From assembly GCA_040954595.2 (NCBI GenBank), contig CM082594.2, forward strand, positions 3,147,319 through 3,211,318: a stretch of 64,000 bases of DNA. The letters run 5' to 3'. The notes beneath the pieces are model-generated. The model saw nothing but the letters and a program-made list of their open reading frames with translations. It did not search any database and was not told where the DNA came from. The stretch is from Balanoglossus misakiensis. Taxonomy: Eukaryota; Animalia; Hemichordata. The position numbers were made by a program, and so were the translations under genes. Within the stretch, counting starts at the first letter, position 1, and every line of letters begins with the position of its first letter. This document shows, one piece after another, positions 13,568 through 25,450 of the stretch.

Positions 13568-16500
13568 TCAGTGCTGTACTTCAGTTGGTATGTAACTTTC
13601 CCAATCGGTGACATTGTACATATCTAACACGGTGTCAAGGAAAATGTCCCATTTTTCTTCCCACAAGATTATACACGTTTGCTCTTCTATTCCTTCCAGA
13701 GAGCTGTAACTAAAAGACAAGAAATGAAACGTTTAGTGTAAATGAGAATAACCTATTGGAACTCTGTGTGAAACGTGAATACGGAAACATTCTGACAATT
13801 AACTTATCACAGTTACTTCTTTGTTATTAATGTATGTAGTATAACCTATGGGCATTATACTACGACCTAAGAGAGTGATGAAAATCTCATATGGTCGACA
13901 CTATTTCAAGATGGCCGATTTTTGCCATGTTTAAGAAATGGGAGTTCATAAGCTGAAGTGATGATGGGTCATTCAGAAACTGTGTAACAGAAAAAATAAC
14001 AAAACGTGAAAAAAGTTTAATGAGTTTAATATGGTAACTACAAAGACTGGAGTTCATAAGCTGGAGTGATGATGGGTCATTCTGAAATTGTGTAACAGAA
14101 AAAAATAACAAAACGTGAAAAACGTTTAATGAGTTTAATATGGTAACTACAAAGACAGACATGTTTGACCAAAGGAAGTCATGAAATACAGTAAACATAT
14201 AATTGCTTCTATCTCTTACTAGAGTGGGTTGTCGACTTTTCGCCCAGCATGAAATGTGATTTGACCCCCTAGCGTACAGTGAAAACCTATTTAAGGCAGC
14301 CGGAATTGGGCAGATTGAACTGAAATCAAGCCTCACTGTAGGCCTGAAATGAGATATACAATTATATTTACCTGATTGAGTCCATTGTTAGTTGCTTCAA
14401 CAATCTCAAGTCAGACTTTGCGCTTGCCACACCCATGAAGACTTCATAATAGTCATGTGACACAGGGCTAGCTCCCCAGACCACGGGGTCATCCGAGCTT
14501 ACTGCGATAGGGTACCCTTCAGCAATCCAGTTTGCTGCCGGCATGTTTCGAATGTCATCGAAATATTTCAATACCTGTCAAGAAAATGCTATATTCAGAT
14601 ATGTGTTTGGGAACTATTGTTCCGGGTTGTATCATTGGGTACCTAGGAACTGGTAGGTTTAGCGGTAGTAGTTGTTCAAATCAACGAATCAATGTCTTGT
14701 GTTTTATTACCATGGTTTCTGTGCATACTTATACTAGTAATTGTTGCAGATACCAACTTTACTTAAGCAAACCTGCGATGATATAGTGTTGACTTCAAGA
14801 GGAACATTTCTATCTTTGATATTCTTCAAAACAGATGGGTGTTTTATGGCTGCATACGCATGTCCGATTCTGGTACTGTTCAACATTAGAGCATCAATTA
14901 GATTTTCGTCCGTTTCTGTGCCTTGCCAATCTGTGAAAATATACATACAGTATTTACATGGCCAGTCGCAAAGACAGCACAGCATAGACAATCAAAACAC
15001 AAAGTGTATTGTAGTTGTCATTGTCATTGTATAGTTGTCATTGTGCCAAATCTGTCCAGTCATTTTACCGAACACGAACTAAAATCATTCTTACTTGTCT
15101 CTCCAGCATGGAAAAAATAGGGCAGGTCTTCATTCGTTTCAGAAGGTATAAGCAACTCATCAATGTAATAAAGCAGCGATTGGCCGGGGTCTTCCTGGCC
15201 CACGAGGTCAAATCCAGCCATGAAATGAGGGTAATTTTTCCGGAGATGTATTGCCATGTTGATAGTTGATTCCATGCTTGGTTTATCCATAAACCTGTCG
15301 TATTATTTGAGAAGCCAAGCGAGGTATAAAGATGTTATTAAGATGAAATTCTGCGGTGTAAGTAATCGGTACATTGAACAGTGATGGCTACAAGTGTAAG
15401 ATACAGCTTGTACACATCGTATCATCCAGTTTATATTTTGTTTTCTGTTTTGAAAGATTCCACAAATAAACAGCTTGTCACGCCTTTATGTCACGTCATT
15501 ATGCAGACTTTTGAGGTTTCTCTCAGTCGACCTGATTTGAATATGGCTGATCCAGATCTGACGCGTGTTTGATTACATTCATGTGAAAAGTGCACAAAGT
15601 CACACATTTGCACAGGTACATCGGTAAAGCGTCAATTGCACATGACGGTATTAAACTGAAAATACAACCTGAGTGAGGTAAATATGATCTTTGACCCCAT
15701 TGAATCTGAATAGTTCACCAGAAAGTCTTTGTTCGCATTTTCGTATTGCTGGAGTGTGTACTCTTCATCGTATTCTGTGCCATTTAATTCATATATCTTA
15801 GTATGGAGAGAGAAAATGCAGAACTCGATAACATTTTGGAATTCAGTTATGTTGATACATACATACATTGTACATGCATACATGCATACATACATACATA
15901 CATACATACATACATACATACATACATACATACATACATACATACATACATACATACATACATACATACATACATACATACATACCTATACGTTTCAGGG
16001 GTTTGACAGTTTTCCTATGGCAATACTTACTGGTTGTAACAATGCTCTGACTTCCATGAACTGCACACCATCATCATAAAACTCTTTCAAAGCTTGACGA
16101 TAGTAATCTTGAAAGACGTCAGAGTAGAAAACTAAAGGATCAGCAGCTTCGAAGTAATCAAGGAAATATACCCATACTTCATTCTGAGTTCGATATTTGG
16201 TGTGTGGGTCGTCAGTCACTAAGGACATTGCATCATGCAACCTGTAAGGGGGTGAGAGAGAGAGGGAGAGAGAGAGAGAGAGAGGCATTTTTAAGTTTCC
16301 ATTGCTCCCGTTTATTGGGTGTTTTATAGTCATATGGTTTGTTTTAAGTAATGAGGAGAGCAGATTACAGACAAATAAACTGACATTTGGGTTTTTATAT
16401 TGAAGTTTATCATGATGTGGCCATTTTGTTGGAGATAATAGTCAGTAGTGATTGTTTTCTATGGTTAGATTGGACCTCTAAAGAGTGAACTGGGTTTGAA

Positions 16501-18194
16501 AGGATGTAATCTCACATTGTGTCAAATGCGTCAACATCTCCCGAGTTGGTTCTTTCTGTTTCAACCAGTTTCCATTCACACGTGCTGTTGTCGGTTGGTG
16601 GCGTGTCGCTAAATTTGAAAAGCAGCGTCGCTCGGTCATAGGTGAAGCACATGTAGCAGTGCGGTCGATAGGTGGCGTTTTTGATGAGCCAGTTTATGTC
16701 GGCGATGGCAGTGTCATGGAGATGTAACACTGCTCCTGAAATAAGCGATATCATAATGTTTAATGCTACCTGTGTTAGGTTTATGCAGCTAACTGGTGAG
16801 AATGTGACGCGTTCTATTAAACTGCAAACAACTGCGTTGATTTAAAACACTGTTGTTCAGCACCTGCGGCAAAAAAGACAAACTAATTCTGTACTATCAA
16901 ACCTTTAATATGGCGCACAAAGCAAGAGAGCGAATACAAACAACGAACAAACAAACAAACAAAGGTCAAAAGGGTCACAACACAAACGGTGTTGTGTTGG
17001 CGCTGGATGTGGAGCTTTATCGTTGTCCTCCCCGCGAAAGTTTACAAACAAAACCTTGCGAAGACGGGGCAACAGCCGACCTTTAACCATATCTATGTGT
17101 TGTCTGCAGTGCAAATGTGCGACTTTTTGTACTTTCACACGAATCTAATCAACCATATGGTAAATCATACTATAAACTTGCTATCGCACAATCAGCATTT
17201 GAATTTTCTCACATATGGACATATGCAATTGCCATAATAAATCCAATTACGTTATTTGGACACGGGGGTAAACAGTCACTGTTTAAAATGTATCAGACTG
17301 ATATACAACCAATAACTGAACGTGTGATAATATTTGTATTGGCTTGGGAATGACACAGCTGAACTGACCTAATAATGCGGTATTTGTGCCAGTACAGTGT
17401 CTTATCAGAATTTCCATATATTAAATTATTCAACATTCTGAGAAAAAAAGCCCTGAGCGGATGATGTCGCAATCTTTTCTATAGTACACAGAAATGAAAA
17501 AAATATGACAAACTGGTATAGTCTGGGCATTTCTATATAATTGGCGACGATATACTGCAAATAAGTAAAAGTGACCACAGACGTCATTGAAAAAAATGAC
17601 ACCTACAGCATCAATATCATCTCCACCCTGTGAATGACGTCGAGTCAATGTCACTCTGAATGGTTAACTTACACAAAAAACCTTTGAAATTGACGACTTC
17701 CGATATACGAAATACTAGTAATCCTTGGGTTAATTTCTCTTACTGTAAATGGTGCAGAAAATTTCATTTTCCATGTGGCAAAAATAACATATTGAGACCA
17801 GCAAGAGAATTTCAGTGTTCAAGAAATGTAGGAATCTTCAAATATTTAAGACATAATGTAAGTGTTACAGATGTTGAATTTGAAGAAACCCACCTTTTGG
17901 CATGAGTTTAATTATCTCGAAAACTTTACTTTGGTCAATGTAAGGCTTGGCGTGGAAGAAATGCATATTCGGCGGGTAGAGACTGGTTCTTCGCCCTTCT
18001 TCTATTTCGTCGTTTTTCAAGTTCATAAGAATATCGTTGACGGCCCATTCCTTGCCTGTCAGTGTTGTGTTGCTTCCGATGGCCGACGACGAATCCTCCG
18101 CCACAAATTCTTCCCGCAGTGAGAGATACACGGGATTTCCTACAATGGTGTAGGCACAGACCAGCAGACAGATGAGTGAAGGTGTGGAAGCCAT
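13568..18194 (-). CDS. ADA2: Adenosine deaminase 2 (CECR1/ADGF family), secreted
   Basis: Eight phase-compatible exons: 18194-17894, 16735-16516, 16241-16031, 15796-15669, 15294-15095, 14930-14773, 14574-14372, 13709-13568. Signal peptide plus MPKGAVLHLHD, GFDLVGQED, FFHAGET, TRIGHA, SSDDP and a C-terminal W..KW..F. Confidence 0.95.
13941..14157. repeat. Two ~108-bp tandem repeat units in the last ADA2 intron
   Basis: GGAGTTCATAAGCTG.AGTGATGATGGGTCATTC..GGTAACTACAAAGAC occurs at ~13941 and ~14049. Confidence 0.85.
15855..15984. repeat. (CATA)n microsatellite in an ADA2 intron
   Basis: Direct inspection. Confidence 0.95.
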
Positions 18195-19371
18195 GATTGG
18201 GTCGTCCTTCAGCTGCGCAACACTGACAGATTTCGTGATGTTTCCACTGGCTTATGTGTGGCAAAAAATTAAATTATGTAAATGAGATACAGTGATGTCA
18301 TGCACGGCACTGCCTGTCGCCCAGTGTCAACATGGAGGAGGGGTGATTGACATCTTCATAGAAGACCCCTCATTTCATTTGACCAGGTTGGTACTGTCAT
18401 TAAGAATGCAGCCATAAACATTTGCCAGCCAGGAATATCTTCAAAAATGTCTAAATCAGATTAAAATTTAAAACCTCTAAAGGCCAGCGAATGTCTCATG
18501 CGCATGTGCGTTATTTTGTGTGTACAAACATTACGTCACATCCAATTTATGTACCCAGAGTCTCTGGTTTGGCAAGAGATGAAGGAATGTCAACAAAACA
18601 AACTTAACAGCGCCCCCATTCCGAATATACCTCGGCTATATAAGTTTTGGTCACTAGTAAGAATGCCGCAGGAAGTTACAGTATTGGTTCCTTGTAACAT
18701 TTCAGAGCTTTATCAAATGCTGATGAATGCCAACGGATGTAGTAGTCAAAGAACAGCGTAATCTGTGAAAGGCTGTGTAGTGGGTTCACTTAAAAAAGGC
18801 ACAATACCTCAAATTGGCTCTTTCATGCATGCACTGTGAGTTCATTCAATTTTTAATGGATTTTGTGCACTCAGTATACAGCAACACATTACATTGGAAT
18901 AGTTGGCTACGTTAATTAGGCCGCGTTTTTTGTAGTCAACGTTTCACCGACCCCAACCACGGTTAGCGATTTTTTCCAATATTTTGTCCAATGCAAAATT
19001 TACCAATGTTTGGTCCGGTTTGTCAAACTGATCTCCCATAAAACAAGTAAGCAACAGAAAGCCATATACGTCACCCCATCGTATTTCCGGTATTTTTGTA
19101 TTGAGGTAGTTTTATGGTCCGTCAATTGTACTTGTGTCACACAAGTCCCATACGAAGCGATTTTTATTGAACAGAAACGTGTTACCTTATTTTCACATTT
19201 TGTTTTATTTCCAGACGTAACGTTGCAACTTTTGTTCACTGTATGATTTGCAAAAGTATATTTTGTTTTGCTCAGAAATAAAACATATATTTCTAGAAAT
19301 TAATACAAATCACACAGAAAATTCAAGACAAGTGCGAATAATTAAAAAAATATTTTTTTTTATTTAAAACA

Positions 19372-19698
19372 TATTGATAGCTATAATCGTCTTAGTATCA
19401 TATTGTCAAAAATTCGTGTAGCTATGCGTGTTAGGTTTTACAACCCGCGACTTGTTTAATTCTCATTAAATTCTCTTTTTAACATACTGATAGCTATATA
19501 TCTTATTGTCAGATATTTTTGTAGCTATGCATGTTAGGTTTTACAACCCGCGACTTGTTTAATTCTCATTAAATTCTCTTTTTAAAATATTGATAGCTAT
19601 ATATCATATTGTCAGATATTCTTGTAGGTATGCATGTTAGGTTTTACAACCCGCGACTTATTTAATATCATCCAACGTTCTCATTAAATTCTCTTTTA
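19372..19698. repeat. Three ~105-bp tandem repeats containing a degenerate copy of the last codons of the condensation-domain gene
   Basis: GTTAGGTTTTACAACCCGCGACTT occurs at ~19430, ~19533 and ~19636. The third unit continues ATTTAATATCATCCAACGTTCTCATTAAATTCTCTTT, matching 35425-35470. Confidence 0.8.
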
Positions 19699-20013
19699 GC
19701 TTATCACATGCGAAAACACAGGGTAATATATAATTTACCAATGAAGCCCACCAAATATATAGTACAACAGCTTATATAATGTCTTCCAACATTCTGGTAA
19801 TATTCGATTCTATTTTGTAAAGCCTCTAATACACAAATTAATTCAAACACTATTCAAACATTTCAACAGCTGAAAACCTCTGAAGAAGATTCAACAAAAA
19901 CTATGTATAATTTTGAGTTATTTATCAATTAAAATGTATTCCAGCTAAACGTCCAAGGATCTCATTGTCAGACATTCGCATGGCTGTGTATGTTTGGATT
20001 TAGCACCCACGAC

Positions 20014-21381
20014 TTATTTAAAATCGTGCAACATTCTCATAAAACTCTCTTTGAAAAGTTTTATCGTATCATACGCGATAATATCAGTATCGTAACTCAG
20101 GGTAATATACAGTTTACCATTAAGGCCTGCCAGGTATATACCACACGCGACTGTTGTTCCTGGATTCGCGAAGTGTATTTTTTCAACGTTCACATCTTTG
20201 TCTCTATGGCGTTCAAGGCAACTTACTCGGCCTACGTTAGAGAAAAATAAATACTTTATCTGGTCGCAAACTTTTACGCATTGTTTTGTACGGGTGGCGA
20301 CAACTTCCAATGTTTGATCTAAAGCTAATTCGTGAATGTTTAATAAAGGTGTCCCGTTGGCCAAACAGTTGTCGGTATTTTCGTTGACTTGCTTTGTCAA
20401 TCTCCAGAAACCTTCCTCATCGAACGAATCCTGTCTAATACGCGTACTGAACATCAACGAGGAGTTGTAACCACCCAAATCTGTTATATTTTGTTCTTTG
20501 AAATACCTTCGAAGACTGACGGCCATCATAAAAGGGAATCTGTCAACGTCGACTGGTTTTCCATCATTCACTACTTTCAGGAAAGTTAAAGACATAGATG
20601 TTATCAAAGCAGCATTGAGATTGGAACCATGCTGTTTCGCTAGCTGTTTAAGTTTTGCTGTCAAGCTCTCAGACACCTCAAAATTGAGATATTTACTTTG
20701 CCGACCGATATCAGGGTTATCTAAACACAATGGACGAAATGATGCGTCCTTGCACGTTTCATCATTCGGTTTGTTAACTACGTCTGCATTCTTTGGTTCC
20801 AAGACCAATTCCTCCACTGGACGTGGAAATGGAGTACTCTCAAGAACATGTTTTGACAAGAAGCCATTGCTTGTTATCTTGTTGATATTTCCTATCAAAT
20901 TATCAACGTATTTAAAGGCAGATATACCATCAGCAATTCCATGGTGAAGTGTTAATAAGAAACAGGTTTTATACACGTGAGATACCTCATTGCTGGCTGT
21001 CGCCCAGTGTCCCTTTAATAGTGTACAACGCCACAGAGGACCTTCCCTGCTATTGGGAGGGACGAGCACTTCTCGCGACATGGCGCCCTCAATCTCGTCT
21101 AACTTTTCGTCCGAGATCTGCAGCTCCACACTCCCGCCATTTGGCATCTCCTCAAAATATCTGCCAGTTTCGATGCCTTCTTCGTCGTACGCAACCAGGA
21201 CCCTTGATCTAAAAACAGCATGCTGTTTTCTCAGAATGTCCATTGCTTGGTGCATGATTTTCTCTGTGACTTCGACTTTGCATTTTAGGTGCACGGCTAA
21301 GGTAACAAACCAGAAACCATGTTCAATAGTCTTGTCGTAATATGTTTCCACTGCACTCAGTTTTCGAATGTACCTAGACAT
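20014..21381 (-). CDS. Single-exon condensation-domain / CoA-dependent acyltransferase (HHxxxDG; PapA5/alcohol acetyltransferase-like fold), copy A, 455 aa
   Basis: Uninterrupted ORF. RKLS..E N-terminus, EGPLWRCTLL, LTLHHGIADGISA active-site motif, AKQHG.NLNAAL, AVSLRRYF, FSNVG, LYITLSYD C-terminus. Confidence 0.85.
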   Translation of the reverse strand: MSRYIRKLSAVETYYDKTIEHGFWFVTLAVHLKCKVEVTEKIMHQAMDILRKQHAVFRSRVLVAYDEEGIETGRYFEEMPNGGSVELQISDEKLDEIEGAMSREVLVPPNSREGPLWRCTLLKGHWATASNEVSHVYKTCFLLTLHHGIADGISAFKYVDNLIGNINKITSNGFLSKHVLESTPFPRPVEELVLEPKNADVVNKPNDETCKDASFRPLCLDNPDIGRQSKYLNFEVSESLTAKLKQLAKQHGSNLNAALITSMSLTFLKVVNDGKPVDVDRFPFMMAVSLRRYFKEQNITDLGGYNSSLMFSTRIRQDSFDEEGFWRLTKQVNENTDNCLANGTPLLNIHELALDQTLEVVATRTKQCVKVCDQIKYLFFSNVGRVSCLERHRDKDVNVEKIHFANPGTTVACGIYLAGLNGKLYITLSYDTDIIAYDTIKLFKESFMRMLHDFK

Positions 21382-22014
21382 ATTCGGATAGTGTAATGTC
21401 CATGCAGAGCAGTTGCGAAATCTGGTGGTAATAGTCCCTCTTCTTGACAGCGCCTTCGTTGTTTTGTGGAAAGACCCTTGACAGCGCCTGCGTTGTTTTT
21501 AATAGCGCCGTCTGCTGAAAGTGCAAGTTTTGTCTTTTACGATGTTAGGTATATTTCATTGGCAACTGTGTGGCTGAAATGAAATTATGAATCATAGATT
21601 AGCGACTCACAAGCGTACATTTGGGAAAGGGAATCAGGATCACATTTAAATAAGCCTAATTTAAATGTTTCAAACGAACGCATATTTTAGGTGGGCAACC
21701 AATCACAGCCCCAGTACTTTCCAGCGGTCAGATGAAGGTAGCTAGAAACCAGATTTGAGCGTATAGAACACATAGTACCTCTCAGAAATCGCCCCAAAGC
21801 TCACAGATCGTTATAAATGGGCAAGTTGGATAGCAAGTACGAATTTTGACATAGAATGGGTGGTATCGATGCCGATTCATTGATTAAATTTCGCCTTTGT
21901 GCGAGGGAAAACATCTACGTAACTTGGCAGTGCATCTGTCATAATTGGGGTTTGGTTTCATGACTTGTCCCTTTTCTGTGTTATAGGCGATCGCCGTGTA
22001 TATACGACCCAACT

Positions 22015-23060
22015 CCCAGGCGACTGTGAGTCAATGTTAGCTGTGGTACGCAGATGTACCATTGGGGGGGGGGGGTCTGACTACCCCAACGGACAGCTAC
22101 GGGCCAACCCGCATTCTAATCATGCAGTAGCTCTGCGTGGCAGGGCTGTGTGTACACGGCGAGACAACACAACAACAACACAACACAGCCCTGCCCTGCC
22201 ACGCAGAGCTAATTATGCAACGACACGACTGGTGTAGGAAGATTTGAACGGCAACAGAAAACAAAGTGAGCGTAATTCAATAAAACGACCTACACCTGCC
22301 TGAAATTTGTCTATTAGTGCTTCCCCAACTCCATTCCTGAACGAAATCCCTGGTTCGTTTACGTATTTCAGCCGATTTTCTAACGAGTACTCGGGATCAC
22401 ACGCTGGAACGGACTTTCACTTGACCCTCACTGTATTCTCGTCATCCCGTTCACTGAATTAGCATATCAATAGAGAGGTCATCGACTGCTAGGAAATGGC
22501 GCGCCAGCATATCAACCGCGCTCACTTCTTGCGGTTTCTTGAAATAAAATGCTGTTTTTTGTAGAAAGCTTTGTCTCCAGACTTATTTATTTGTAAGTTT
22601 TCACTTTAAAGTAACATTTACGTGCTTGACTGGATTTTCACCCGCTTAATTACTGCTGTTCTGGAAAAGTCAGGCGGAGAAAAAAATGCCATGTCATAAT
22701 TTTCAATGGAATTCAGCAACGGTAGCGCCATTAGCAGACTCTGAAAACAAAATATAGTCTTCCATTTCTTTTAAGGACCGAACAATGCCATATTATTAGC
22801 ATGATTTTACAAAAAGACATGTTTTGGTAACTTGCCTACTGGCTTTGGCAAACGTTTGTGCTATCTTTTGCCGCCCTTGATATTGGGTCTCACGAAGCAG
22901 CAAAGAAGACAATTTAGTGTGGTCGTTTCATCGCTGAAAAGTCTTATGCGAGACCAGATTCGGTTTTGCGAAGAACATGGTATACCTGCATTACATGTCA
23001 GGAGAGGAAAATACATGTCTGAAGACGAAATGACACTTCTCCAGAAACGAATCATTATTA
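22015..23060 (+). pseudogene. Transposon remnant with a degenerate RecQ-type helicase N-terminus (Academ-like)
   Basis: 22832-23050 reads LPTGFGKRLCY..VVVSSLKSLMRDQ..GIPA, i.e. RecQ motifs I/Ia with GKS->GKR and SPL->SSL. A frameshift lies just upstream (~22820). The flank 22015-22671 is shared with 37985-38700, where the helicase part is absent. Confidence 0.6.
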
Positions 23061-25450
23061 TAGGTTCACATACATTTCAGTATTATCTTTGATAAGACAC
23101 ATGAGAGGTATTAAATGCTGCCTGCGGCTCGGAGGGATACAGCCGCTACGGGGAATCACTCGTCCGCGACGCAGGCACACACGTTCGAAATACGGGGGAA
23201 TTATATACAATTATTGTTTTATTAGTAATAATGTTGTGATAGTTTGTGTATTGTCCGCCAAATTGAATTGCCCTAAAGGGATGAATAAAGTTGAAATAAA
23301 TTGAATGGATTTGAACTGAATTGAATTGAATTTTACCCATCTGTCAGTGTACCGCGTATAGTCATGGCAGCCATGTCACATAACGGTTACATAGAGTTTG
23401 AATTCACATGGAATTTGGTTAATCCGAGACACATTTCAGTTAAAGCAAAGGAGAAATCCGTATCACTCGCATGAGGGCGACATAAAGTTAATTTGCGTGG
23501 TCAGTATTACTCATGATAAGTGTAACGATACACATGTACGTACCGTGAAAATAATTCAGGGTATCAAAATAATGTTTGTGTACTGTAATTACAAACAAAG
23601 CCTTGCAAATAAGTATTTCTTGATATTAACTTCATTCCTTTATTCGAATCCAGGGATAAAAATAGTCTACCTTCCAACAGAAATATAACATTTCAATCAA
23701 ACAAAATTTAATGACAATGCCCTTCCCCGAAAGAAATTTCACTGATTTGCCCAAATGACACGACAGTGTCATTATTCTTTCACAAATTCAAAAAAACATG
23801 CATTATGTAAATTACAATTGCAAAATCCTTCATTAATCTAGAAATTCAAAATTAGTCCAATTACACGATAATGTAGATAATGCAATGTACATAAAAATGC
23901 AAAATAAAAAAAATCCCTACCTACCTACCTACCCTATTTTTGAAAACCATGTAGTCTGAACAGCACATATTTTTTATTTTGCCTAAACGTAAATGAACGT
24001 GAAAATATTTCTTGATTTTTTTAGTCTGCAGGGTCTCAGAATTTCATAGACAAGTAAAAGCCATACATTTTGTGAAATTTCAAGTTCACGTTCATCACAG
24101 TTATGACTCTTGATTTTAGTATGATAACTATCATGTATAGTCATACAGACCACCTTGATAATAGTCAAACTAGCTATATATAAATTGAAATTCTGAACAA
24201 CTAAATTGTATGTGATAGTAACAACGATGACGGTATAAAAAAATAGGAGCAAAGACATTCGAGAAAATTCTACACAGAATATGCATTTCTATGAATCCGT
24301 TTGTATATACCTCAATGCGAATCCTTGTTACAATGTGTCGCGGACTGCAAGATCATCCAAATACACTACTATTCATAAATGACAAGGTAGAAATCAAAGT
24401 ACGCTAGCAACATATGTCTCTCACTTGAAATCTGGTAAGAAATTGTTCACATCAAAGGCAATTATGTTTAGTGTAAATCTACCCTGTGGGCATTGACAGT
24501 CTGGACCCCGAAATGCTTTTAAATTGCTGCCAAATATATTTTACATCCATGAATTGTTTTCCCCATAAAGTAAACGCTGAGAGCACACCTTTTAGTAGCA
24601 AGCTATCACACGAGTTTCTTAGAGATCGTATGATGTGAACGTTTCAGATGAACACAGTTCTTTGAAAATTCGCAGACATTCCTTCAGTGGTTTCATTCAA
24701 TGAGTGTGATTAATAGTTGCAAACAAAAACGTCCAATATAAAATGCTAAATATACTCAACCCCAATACAAAATAACTAAAAAATTGAAAATTGATGAGTC
24801 GAACGTGATTGAAAAAATGCGACATTATCTATACAATTTTCAAAGTGAAATTAAAGTGTATGTGTATGATTGATTTCTTGATTGCTTGATTCAGTGATCG
24901 ATAGATCAACCAATCGACTGACCAATGAGTGGTATAAGGCACAATATAATTGAAAAAGCTACCACACCGAACGTTTTACACATCAGGATAGTATAGTGAC
25001 GTCCAATTACGATGCATTAATTTGTATTCCCCTAGAAGTTCTTGTTTTTCTATAGGTAAGAATATTCCCATCGAAGCTTTTCTTCCATCGAAGGGCTGAG
25101 GTTCTGGTACATTCGCTTGATAAGCCGTGGAGGTGTCGACATTTTAGCAGCAAAATACATTTCCAGTTAATCGGGTGGTTGTGTATACTTCCAATAGTAT
25201 TTCATGCTTGTCGAAATATGCACAATGGTGGCCTGCAATTGAACAGATGGAACTCTTCATTGCAACAAATCATGATGTGGACAAATCGACAAGTCGCTGT
25301 CTTAAACCATAATTATGCTTTCGTAGAAGTGCGTCAAAGTTGTGGATTAACGTAGTACAAAAAGTGACAATATAATCTATCCATATCATTGATGCTGCAT
25401 AAACTCATGATTGCTGTTATTGACAATGATAACAATAATGACTTACGCAT

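Noticed and set aside
20014-21381. Bacterial contamination or an NRPS cluster
   Set aside because: The gene is embedded among spliced animal genes and shares their duplication and TEs. There are no A/T domains or operon structure.
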